64,000 nt of DNA from Nitrospirota bacterium (lineage in GTDB: Bacteria; Nitrospirota; Nitrospiria; Nitrospirales; Nitrospiraceae). Location of the stretch: positions 384,001-448,000 of the forward strand of contig CAVPBK010000006.1 in the NCBI GenBank assembly GCA_963701855.1. Direction: 5' to 3'. Under the pieces are notes generated by a model. The model was not told where the DNA came from. It was given only the letters and a program-made list of their open reading frames with translations, and searched no databases. Each line of letters starts with the position of its first letter. Positions within the stretch are counted from its first letter, which is position 1. Of this stretch, positions 20,858 through 29,161 are shown piece after piece. The position numbers were made by a program, and so were the translations under genes.

Positions 20858-21262
20858 CTGATGGATGCCTGATTTAAGTGAGACGTACCGTGACGGAGGA
20901 AGGGTATGGAACTCCCTGATTAAGTAAGGAGATTGTTTCGCTGGCTAACCCTACAATCCTACAAATTCAGAGGTGACTACACAGAGGACGAGGGAACGAT
21001 CTGTCCGGCACTCACGTGGCCGCGTGAATGCCATGACTGCAAATCACTCGATGTTTCTATACCTTCGAGTTGCCCCTCCCTTCCGGGAAGAATGCTCCGC
21101 ATCAGACAAAATATCAGCGACCACATCCTTGCGGAAATTCAACTCGTTAGGAGAGCGCACGGGACAACATGTTCTCCGGTCCTTAACTCTTGCTGACACT
21201 CGCCATGAGTCAAGAAACCATAAGTCCTTGCAATGTTGACCGTTTTATCTCCTCACAATCTC

Positions 21263-21278
21263 TGGCAAACGATTTGCG
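21263..21278 (+). promoter_or_regulatory. Sigma54 -24/-12 promoter
   Basis: TGGCAAACGATTTGCG upstream of the 21397-23412 gene run. Confidence 0.6.
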
Positions 21279-21396
21279 CATGAGAGAAGCATCGGCATCC
21301 ATCGAAAGATGCGCAGAGCGACAGAAAGCAGTCTCTTCTCCATCATCCTGTCTGTCGCACAAGTACGATCATCATGTTACCGCTCGGAGGTGCAAC

Positions 21397-21756
21397 ATGA
21401 AGAACACTAGCATCGCAATCGCGACATTGTTTCTACTGTGGACGGTAGTCGCAACTGACCTCGTCAGTGAAGCCGCAACCACCTTTGCAGGTTCAATCAT
21501 CGGTATTGACCAAGCCCAGCGGACAATTACATTCCAGACGGTCGCCGGGCAAACCTGGACGATCTCGGTGGCCGATCCCAACATCTTGAAGCAGCAAGTC
21601 GCAAAGGGCGATCGGGTCATGATCGATGTCGAATTGAGCGATAGCGACTTGAGCCAGAGAATCACCAAGATCACCAAAATTCCCAGAGGTGAGCTATTTG
21701 AACCACTGCAACTCCCTCGACGCATTCGGGCCATGACCCGAGTGACAAGAGAATGA
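21397..21756 (+). CDS. Small exported beta-barrel-like hypothetical protein
   Basis: Signal peptide; GSIIGID...TITF...KGDRVMIDV; GGAGG RBS. Confidence 0.65.
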   Translation: MKNTSIAIATLFLLWTVVATDLVSEAATTFAGSIIGIDQAQRTITFQTVAGQTWTISVADPNILKQQVAKGDRVMIDVELSDSDLSQRITKITKIPRGELFEPLQLPRRIRAMTRVTRE

Positions 21757-21827
21757 TCGCTCACCCTTCTGATCAAAATGAGCAGCTCAATAGAGCCGAA
21801 CACTGAAAGAACGTGACGGAGGGAATC

Positions 21828-22334
21828 ATGAGAGTTGCTACCCGGTATAAGACAGCCATCGTTACCATGGCGACCATCCTGACGTGCCTAGGGTTTCTCT
21901 GGAAACAACACGTCGGTGCAGAGTCACCACGAGTAGCCGATGGCTCAAATGTGACGGCCCTGTACCGGATTACCGCTCCCTGCGAATGCGGGCTCGAACT
22001 TCGAGTGCTCGGTCAATTCGTCCAGGGGCAACACCAACTATTGCCGGCGTTAGAGCGGGTGGTCACCGGCATGAAAACCGGCGACGAGAAACAAGTCGAA
22101 ATATCTGCAGAGCAAGGTTTCGGCCCTTACGACGCGAGGAAAAGAAAAACCGTTCCGACTAGCGACCTGCCTGCCTGGACACAGGAAGGAGATGTTCTCC
22201 AAGATCGCACCGGGCAGGAGGCCACTGTGACCCAGTTGTCCGATAGGTCCGCGGTGATCGATTACAACCATCCGCTGGCAGGAAAGCCAGTTGTTGTAAA
22301 AATTAAAATCTTGCGAGTGGATGATCCGTCATGA
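21828..22334 (+). CDS. FKBP-type peptidyl-prolyl isomerase (SlyD/FkpB-like), probably exported
   Basis: GMKTGDEK...GFGPYD...DYNHPLAGK. Confidence 0.88.
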   Translation: MRVATRYKTAIVTMATILTCLGFLWKQHVGAESPRVADGSNVTALYRITAPCECGLELRVLGQFVQGQHQLLPALERVVTGMKTGDEKQVEISAEQGFGPYDARKRKTVPTSDLPAWTQEGDVLQDRTGQEATVTQLSDRSAVIDYNHPLAGKPVVVKIKILRVDDPS

Positions 22335-22356
22335 CAATTCAAGAAGGAGGTGCACC

Positions 22357-22830
22357 ATGAACGAACAATATGTTGCAGGAAACGGATTTCAAAAGTACGT
22401 GATTGCTCCCGAAACATATTTCTTTGGAAAGTTGAGCAGATTCGCGACCGTCATGCTGATCGTGACCTTCATGGGCTTGACCATGATCCCGCCAGGCTCG
22501 GCACTGGCTGAAGATCAGCCGTCCGGCTCGGATAGTTCAGACGACACCGGGATAAAAGTAGCAAGCTGGCTGCTCACGATCCCCTATTGTGCCGGCAAGA
22601 GCGCCTTCGCGATCGCAGGCAGTGTCGTCGGTGGCCTGGGATACGCGTTTTCCGGAGGAAACTCAGAAACGGCGCAGTCCATATGGACCAAAACCGTCTA
22701 TGGGACCTACATCCTCCGACCAGCCCATCTCAGAGGCGAGGAACCGATCCACTTCCTCGGAAAATCTGAGGATGGCCCAAGCGAGCACATGAAGCGTGTC
22801 TCTGCGACATCCGACCACGCGAAGAACTGA
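22357..22830 (+). CDS. Hypothetical membrane/exported protein
   Basis: AAGGAGG RBS; hydrophobic segments. Confidence 0.65.
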   Translation: MNEQYVAGNGFQKYVIAPETYFFGKLSRFATVMLIVTFMGLTMIPPGSALAEDQPSGSDSSDDTGIKVASWLLTIPYCAGKSAFAIAGSVVGGLGYAFSGGNSETAQSIWTKTVYGTYILRPAHLRGEEPIHFLGKSEDGPSEHMKRVSATSDHAKN

Positions 22831-23004
22831 GGCGTGTCTCATGAGTACGATGAGCGGGGCGTGTGTTTGGAGGAAAAAATCGAATGAACGAGATGAGTGA
22901 GATCAACTCGACAAGGCACAAAAGCTAGACCGGGAAAAATGGGAAGGTGATTCCTCAAAACTCGAGCACCATGAGACCGTGTCTCGAAACCTTGGAGGGG
23001 TCCA

Positions 23005-23412
23005 ATGAACGCCACGACGTCGTGCAGTTGGGTCGTCACACTCAGCTTCATGAGCATACTACCCGCTGTCGTGGGAATCATGCCAGCACATTCCCAGTCA
23101 GCAGTCGTTCCAGGATCCGGGGGATTGCATCCTGGCAGAAGCCAGGAGACACTCATACCGGCAAAGCCGAGAGGTTCCCATCTTGATGGCGCCATGCGAA
23201 GCAAGCGGCCCTCTGATATACCTGACCAGACACCGCCGCCAAATATGCGGGCACGGGCTCTGGAAGAGCGGCTTCGAAGGGGGCAGATGGAGCGCCCGAT
23301 TGCCCAAGGTGAGGTCAGTGACCGGTTGGAGCAATTGCATCGCGGCTCAGCAGAACACTCAACTGGTGAAACAACCCCCAATCAGTCCGTTCAGATCATT
23401 GAGCCGGATTAG
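23005..23412 (+). CDS. Hypothetical exported protein
   Basis: GGAGG RBS, signal-like N-terminus. Confidence 0.5.
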   Translation: MNATTSCSWVVTLSFMSILPAVVGIMPAHSQSAVVPGSGGLHPGRSQETLIPAKPRGSHLDGAMRSKRPSDIPDQTPPPNMRARALEERLRRGQMERPIAQGEVSDRLEQLHRGSAEHSTGETTPNQSVQIIEPD

Positions 23413-24010
23413 GTTATGAGTCCAGACGCGCCTGGATCGATCGAAGATCACTGACAATATCTTAAAGACGCCACCTGTCGGTGCAGGGGCTAGGTCATCG
23501 TTGGAAGTTTGGACGCTTATCAGTAGTCGACCCCCCCTAAGCCATTGAGCTCGTTCGCCTATTCGTCTGGCCCATTAATACGCAAATCAGCGGGCCTTGG
23601 CGCAGAATCACATTGATATAGACAGGGTTACGCTCCCCGCAGGTCGATGAACACACCTGTGATTGATATTGGAGATGCATCCCGCATTACAGTGTGCGGT
23701 GCTCATAGTGGTGTCCAGCGCACGAGCACTCACCCGACCATTCGTTAGCCAGAGAGTTTTTGAACAGTTGGGAGGCTGGTTAAAAAAACCCTTACCTATG
23801 CCTGTTCTCTTTGAGACCTAATCCTTGTGATTCGCCAGGCATTGAATATCGCCGCCAAGAAAAAGATGGATGTGTACGGGCACTTATATGGGAGGGAATA
23901 CCGGCACTTTGTGAGTCGTCTTGATGATGGGAAGGAAGTGGGGGTGCCCGCACCCCCGCCACACCTTGAGATGCTTGTAGTCGGAACAAGCAAGGCAAGC
24001 GATTGAAATA

Positions 24011-24056
24011 TGGAGCCGGCGATCCGGATTGAACGGACGACCTGCGGTTTACGAAA
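24011..24056 (-). repeat. att site: 46-bp copy of the 3' half of tRNA-Thr(CGT)
   Basis: TGGAGCCGGCGATCCGGATTGAACGGACGACCTGCGGTTTACGAAA identical to 49787-49832. Confidence 0.95.
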
Positions 24057-24070
24057 GCGTTGTCACTACC

Positions 24071-24175
24071 CTACCCCAGCCCACTCAGGCTCATTCAGGC
24101 CAAGTCCAGCCAAGAGTTGCGAAAAAATCGACTTTGGCTGGAGTAGGCCTGAGTGAGCTGGAGTGAGTTGGAGTT
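24071..24175. repeat. Inverted array of ~10-bp repeats next to att
   Basis: CTACCCCAGC/CCACTCAGGC/TCATTCAGGC/CAAGTCCAGC facing GGCTGGAGTA/GGCCTGAGTG/AGCTGGAGTG/AGTTGGAGTT. Confidence 0.7.
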
Positions 24176-24317
24176 GAGCACAAAATGAGCACAATTACGA
24201 TGCCACAACTTAGCGCACGACTAACTTCTGCACCCAGCTGATTAAGCCCCTTGTCCACAATTCCACAATTTAAGCGGGGCACAACACGGAATTAATCAAA
24301 GAGGTCTTCCCCCCTCC

Positions 24318-24839
24318 TTAACTTTTCCTTGGCATCACTGGTGCAATCATTTCGGTCGAATCTTCAAGACGGAAGCTCTCTCTAGCCTTGCAATTCAGCC
24401 CAGAAGTCGCATCGCACTCCAGGTGGAGGGCCACATAGGTGCCGATCATTCTATAAAGGCTAGCATGCCAAGCCCCGATCTTTCCGTCAGGTAAGCTGAA
24501 GCACACACTCCATTTATAGATTCTATGAGCGCCGATGAACTGTACGAGCTTCAGCTTGTAGACCGGGTCAAAGTGGAATATTCCTTCTTCCGTTGTCCGA
24601 GTATCGAGGACCGGGTCATCGCAGGTATCCCCCAGTGACAATGTGACCATCGTGCTCTTCATCGGCTGTCCCTGCTGAATCAGAGTCCCGATTACTTCTG
24701 GGGAATATGGGTCTTGGTAAGGAATCGGGACACAACCAGCCATGAGGGAAGAAAATAGGAGAAGAAGAATCCCTATCGTCAACCTGGTTTGCATAAGGAT
24801 TGAATGGTTCTGCCTTGAATTTCGTTTCTGAAGGGACAC
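24318..24839 (-). CDS. Hypothetical lipoprotein
   Basis: Lipobox LMAG-C. Confidence 0.65.
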   Translation of the reverse strand: MSLQKRNSRQNHSILMQTRLTIGILLLLFSSLMAGCVPIPYQDPYSPEVIGTLIQQGQPMKSTMVTLSLGDTCDDPVLDTRTTEEGIFHFDPVYKLKLVQFIGAHRIYKWSVCFSLPDGKIGAWHASLYRMIGTYVALHLECDATSGLNCKARESFRLEDSTEMIAPVMPRKS

Positions 24840-25138
24840 GTAATTCTTTCTGAACCTATCACAGGAGTAAACGCTCGCCTACGAAATGCATCGCTTTTGA
24901 CGCAAAATTAGGGTTCTCGGGCCAAACTCGAATCTTCGAGCCCTAGCTTTTCATACCGTTATCCCCAAAAAAAATGAAGAATCGCAAAGCATTTGCTGAC
25001 AAAGACGGCTGGCTTGGGGGTGTCAAAAACACTGTGAAGAACTATTCGCTATCGCTAGGATATATTTGAGGTTCGGTCGAAGATGTGGATGAGGTCAAAA
25101 AGAACTGATTTAGAGCCCGCCGGATGTCCATCTCATAA

Positions 25139-26086
25139 TCAGAGTATGAACCGCGTACCGACACTATTGGGGACAAACGCTTCCGGCAGTTCCCTGGCAA
25201 GGGCATGGGTGGCCTTCCAGCCAGTGCAATGGGCCGGCACGATCAGGGCCGGATTGAGGGCTTTGAGCGCCGCGATAGTGGGGGGGATCATCGGCTCAAA
25301 GAGCGCCCCTGTCAGATGAAATCCGCCAAGCACGGCATACACCTTCTGGATTCCGGTCAGCTCCTGCGCGTGGCGAATGGTGTTGATGGCCCCTGCGTGC
25401 CCACAGCCGGTGAGAATCACGAGTCCTTTCTCCTTGACATGGATCACCACAGCCTGGTCGTCATGGATCAAGGGGTCTTGCTGCCACTGGTCTGCAATGC
25501 GGGCATAGTGGATAGGGAAGCCCCGCTCGAAGGCTGTCGAACGATGGACTTGCCCCGTCACTAGCACGAATCTCCCCAAGAGGTAGGAGGGCCCTCGCTC
25601 TTCGATTAACTCGATGCCTTCTTGAGACAGGATACGTCGATCAGGAGGGGGAAGATCGAGTTCGTGGCCATCGGGGAAAACAAGCTTTCGTTCGAGAAAC
25701 GCGTCCGGATGCATGAGCAACGGCAGCTTGCGCTTCCCGAGGCGTTCGACGAGCCCCATCAAGCCCTGTGTGTGGTCCGCATGGCCATGGCTCAACACGA
25801 TCGCATGGAGCTCTTGGGGTCGCACCTCCAGCACATCCAGGTTGTGCATGAGCCCGTGCTTGCTCAGTCCCGCGTCGAAGAGCAGGGATTCCGATGTCGT
25901 ATGGCTCCTGACGGTCACCATCGCAGAGAACCCATGCTCGGCAATGAGGGTTTCGCGTGTGATGGCATCAGGAGGGAGAGGGAACCGCGTGGCCTTTGAC
26001 GTGCCGGCCATGAGCAGATCAATGGTGTTGTCCAGAACGGTCAGGATCTCAACTGTATCTGCCTCACTGAGTGGCATCGTGGCCAT
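25139..26086 (-). CDS. Metallo-beta-lactamase-fold hydrolase
   Basis: AEHGFS, LFDAG, SHGHADH, GCGHAG, GGFHL, PAHCTG; GGAGGAG RBS. Confidence 0.9.
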   Translation of the reverse strand: MATMPLSEADTVEILTVLDNTIDLLMAGTSKATRFPLPPDAITRETLIAEHGFSAMVTVRSHTTSESLLFDAGLSKHGLMHNLDVLEVRPQELHAIVLSHGHADHTQGLMGLVERLGKRKLPLLMHPDAFLERKLVFPDGHELDLPPPDRRILSQEGIELIEERGPSYLLGRFVLVTGQVHRSTAFERGFPIHYARIADQWQQDPLIHDDQAVVIHVKEKGLVILTGCGHAGAINTIRHAQELTGIQKVYAVLGGFHLTGALFEPMIPPTIAALKALNPALIVPAHCTGWKATHALARELPEAFVPNSVGTRFIL

Positions 26087-26455
26087 CGCCCGACTCCTCC
26101 CCAAAGCCCTCGATAAGAGAGCTACTAGTTCTCGCAAATGCTTCGTTGCATAAGACAGGCCGCGCGATCGTATGAGAACCTTCTCATTTTGGTCAGCCAG
26201 GATTTTTTTGTCACCTACCATGTGAGCGATCGGCCGGCAGGTTAGATTATCCGGGGAACTGGTAGCCTGCCATCAGTTGTTTAATCTTCCCAATTACGTT
26301 TGTTTTTGACCCTTTTGCCTCAGAGTCAGAACCTATTGATTACTCAGGAGGTCGATCACACCGGTCCCATCAAGTTTTTGACACGAGGCAATTGGACCAC
26401 AAGGAACTGTTATTGAACCTTTCCGCTAGCATGAGCTTTTTGCCATTCGTTCCAG

Positions 26456-27874
26456 TTAGCTTCCGTCGAAATAGTGTTCAGAAAACTTCATTTCAGTTCT
26501 TATGAAATGCCTCGCCAGTTCACGTAAAACCGTGGCAGCAACCTGAAGTCTTCCAAGTTTCTCATCGTCATCTGGGTCAATGTTATGGGGGTCACCGGCA
26601 TGTGCCACTGCATTTCGACACAGAACTGTTAAATATTTCTCGACTTTCTTATCACCGCAGTGTTCTTCAAACTTTAGTCTGATCTCTTTACCCAGCTTGT
26701 CTTTGACAGCCTGGTAATTATTTCTAAACCATTTTTCCTTCAACTTTTTATGACGTATCTCAATGATTTTGTAATATGAGAGCACGGCAAAACCTACGAG
26801 AAAGTTCTGCTCTGCGTTTCTTCCCTCTCGGTATATGGCGATAGCCTTTCTTGTATCCGTATCTTCTGGTGTTTTCCTATCAAAACACCAATGGTGGGTA
26901 GTCGCAAATGCTAAATTTCTTTTCGGGACAGCAACAGGAACAGGATTGCCTGACCAGCCATCTTGAACTACTGCGTATTGATCGTTACACCATGCTAGGA
27001 GGCTTAAAAAACGATGAATTACTGTTCTGGCCTGCTCATGTGTCAGCTTATAACGATGAAGGTCTATATGAATAGATGTAGTATGCTCCCTCGTTTTAGG
27101 CATCAACACGAGTTGATACTCATCGAACTCAACCAAGGTTTCTTGCCTAGGCCATGTCACCTGACAATCGACTGCCAAATTTAAAAAGCGAGAGTTTGAC
27201 GTTATGCCCAAATATCTTGCTCTTTGCTGTTTTTCCATTTCGTCATCGGTTTCAGGCTCCTCAGGATATTCAATAGAAGGCAGTGAGGATTCGTACTTTA
27301 GGTCTCTTTCGATGGAAAGGAAGAATGAAGGATAAAAAACTATTTCGTTAATTACTGAAGATGTGATTTTAGAAGGATCATAATCCTTTTCACCACAATC
27401 ACGTAACAGTGAAACGGCATGCTGATCGACGTAGTAAGCTATTTTGTCCTGATCATCCAGCGTGTAATGAATGGCCGCACGACAATGACTATTTGTATAA
27501 ATCTCACTATCCGATACGGATACCTTTACTAGGTGTTTAAGTGCGCCATCCTCGTTTTTTAAAATAGCCTCCAAAGCCCCACCGAACGTTTCTCTCTTTT
27601 TGAGGGAAACCTTTACGCCTCCCACAGGCTTTAGTGCTTTCAATATCAATGCGGTATGCCCGGAAAACCCAACATTAGACGAAACAATGGATAATATGCC
27701 GGATGCAATTTGTGCGTGCGTGAGATGCTGGGAATTCCTTACGCGGCCTATGGGCAAGAGCCCATAGGCGCGCAGGCTTTCAAACCGCTGCGCGATATGT
27801 CCGCTTGGTTGGTTTAAAATACCAAACTTTGATATTTCGCGTTCGATAATGGTTTCAAGTTCTCGCGCGATCAT
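26456..27874 (-). CDS. MauJ-like protein with a C-terminal HEPN-type motif
   Basis: RFLSLLAW, YREG..AE, LSYYKIIE, CRNAVAH (R-X4-H); AT-rich. Confidence 0.65.
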   Translation of the reverse strand: MIARELETIIEREISKFGILNQPSGHIAQRFESLRAYGLLPIGRVRNSQHLTHAQIASGILSIVSSNVGFSGHTALILKALKPVGGVKVSLKKRETFGGALEAILKNEDGALKHLVKVSVSDSEIYTNSHCRAAIHYTLDDQDKIAYYVDQHAVSLLRDCGEKDYDPSKITSSVINEIVFYPSFFLSIERDLKYESSLPSIEYPEEPETDDEMEKQQRARYLGITSNSRFLNLAVDCQVTWPRQETLVEFDEYQLVLMPKTREHTTSIHIDLHRYKLTHEQARTVIHRFLSLLAWCNDQYAVVQDGWSGNPVPVAVPKRNLAFATTHHWCFDRKTPEDTDTRKAIAIYREGRNAEQNFLVGFAVLSYYKIIEIRHKKLKEKWFRNNYQAVKDKLGKEIRLKFEEHCGDKKVEKYLTVLCRNAVAHAGDPHNIDPDDDEKLGRLQVAATVLRELARHFIRTEMKFSEHYFDGS

Positions 27875-27878
27875 ATGA

Positions 27879-28850
27879 TTAGTTTTGATTGGTCCAGTAC
27901 GATCCCCAAAGTGGCTTCCAGAGACTTTCAGAAACCCTCCGAAGAACAAGCTGGGCCAACACCTCTGGCCCAAACTCCTCTAATACTCGCGTCAAGTCTC
28001 GATGGCGACCTCTCCAGAGTCCGTACTTGATATTGCGATGGCGGAGCGATTCACGGGACAACCACTCCCAGCCTAAGGTCTTCCTCCTCCACCTTCTCTG
28101 TTCTGGTCGACCCTTTTCCAATGTGAAATAGTCCTTGGCTCGAACAGCATCCTGTTGGAGCCAAAATTCATATTCCAAGAGCAAAGATCTAGTCAGTTCG
28201 TCTAGGTCATGGCCTTTGAGTTTCTTGCGACGCCGATAGAATTCACTGGGCTCAACCTCACGCCCTAAGAGAACTGTGGCAAGTTCCGTAGCCAACCGAG
28301 CGGCATGTTTCCTTCGGTCTGTATTTCTTGCCCAGCAATCGACCAGGAACGCAGCCACCCAGGCTCCTTGTGATGTGGGTGGGTGTCCTCTCTTACGCAT
28401 ATGGATCTTTCCCGCTAGTCCTCGTTGCCAACCTCGCTGGTCATGTGCTTTAGCTACAGCTGGAGCCAGGGCCTCGAACAGAAGGTCCGCCAGCTCTTCC
28501 TTTTCGCTTCCGGATACCCATGTCCAGAGGTCATCGAGAATCTCCTGCGTCGGAGTCTGAATAACCCGAAATTGGACCCCACATATCACGATTAGAAACA
28601 AAAGAGACTGGGGGGCCGTCTTCCCGCTCCTCTCAACACTAGTGATCCAACTCTCTAGCTTCTTCGGATTCGCATCGGGGAAGGCGCTGAGGACGCCAGA
28701 GACCAAGGTGTGTGGCTTATCTCCGGCACTGTGTTCGTGTGCAAACAGTGGATGAAGGGAGGATGAAGTGACTGACCCGGCTATACGAGCATTTCTCGCC
28801 GCAGGTGACAAAAATCTATCGTTTTTCCGATTTTGATCCTTTGCCGCCAA
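27879..28850 (-). CDS. Hypothetical protein (element-associated, divergent from the replication operon)
   Basis: 323-aa open frame; start uncertain. Confidence 0.55.
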   Translation of the reverse strand: MAAKDQNRKNDRFLSPAARNARIAGSVTSSSLHPLFAHEHSAGDKPHTLVSGVLSAFPDANPKKLESWITSVERSGKTAPQSLLFLIVICGVQFRVIQTPTQEILDDLWTWVSGSEKEELADLLFEALAPAVAKAHDQRGWQRGLAGKIHMRKRGHPPTSQGAWVAAFLVDCWARNTDRRKHAARLATELATVLLGREVEPSEFYRRRKKLKGHDLDELTRSLLLEYEFWLQQDAVRAKDYFTLEKGRPEQRRWRRKTLGWEWLSRESLRHRNIKYGLWRGRHRDLTRVLEEFGPEVLAQLVLRRVSESLWKPLWGSYWTNQN

Positions 28851-28876
28851 CGCCGAATCCCTCTATAGATTGTTGC

Positions 28877-29161
28877 ATGAGCGCAGAAACTACCACTGAA
28901 ACATCTGGGAATCAACACAAGGACCTACGGACGCGCTGTGCGTTCTGCTTGGCAACTATCGACGTGAACCTCGATAAACGCGATCGTCCGTACTGGGTGT
29001 GCGTGTCGTGTCAAACGCGAACTTTCGCCACACGCACAACCCTCGATTCCTTCAAACAAGCGGGCTGGATTTGGAGTGATGAGCCTCCGCTTAAGGCTCT
29101 GCGATCGTGGCTGGATCGGATCATGGTTGAAGCGGGCTTAACGAAAAAGAAGAAGCGATGA
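28877..29161 (+). CDS. Small Zn-finger protein
   Basis: CAFC...RPYWVCVSC; stop overlaps primase start (ATGA). Confidence 0.7.
   Translation: MSAETTTETSGNQHKDLRTRCAFCLATIDVNLDKRDRPYWVCVSCQTRTFATRTTLDSFKQAGWIWSDEPPLKALRSWLDRIMVEAGLTKKKKR

Noticed and set aside
1..24010. A third tandem island containing the stress cluster
   Set aside because: No integrase or further att copy in the window; cannot be supported here
24011..24056. Possible extra tRNA-Thr genes at 24011 and 35073
   Set aside because: Only the 3' half is present, with no D-arm or 5' acceptor strand; these are att repeats
24071..24175. Possible CRISPR array (also considered for 52002-52122)
   Set aside because: Units are 9-10 bp and contiguous, with no unique spacers and no cas genes
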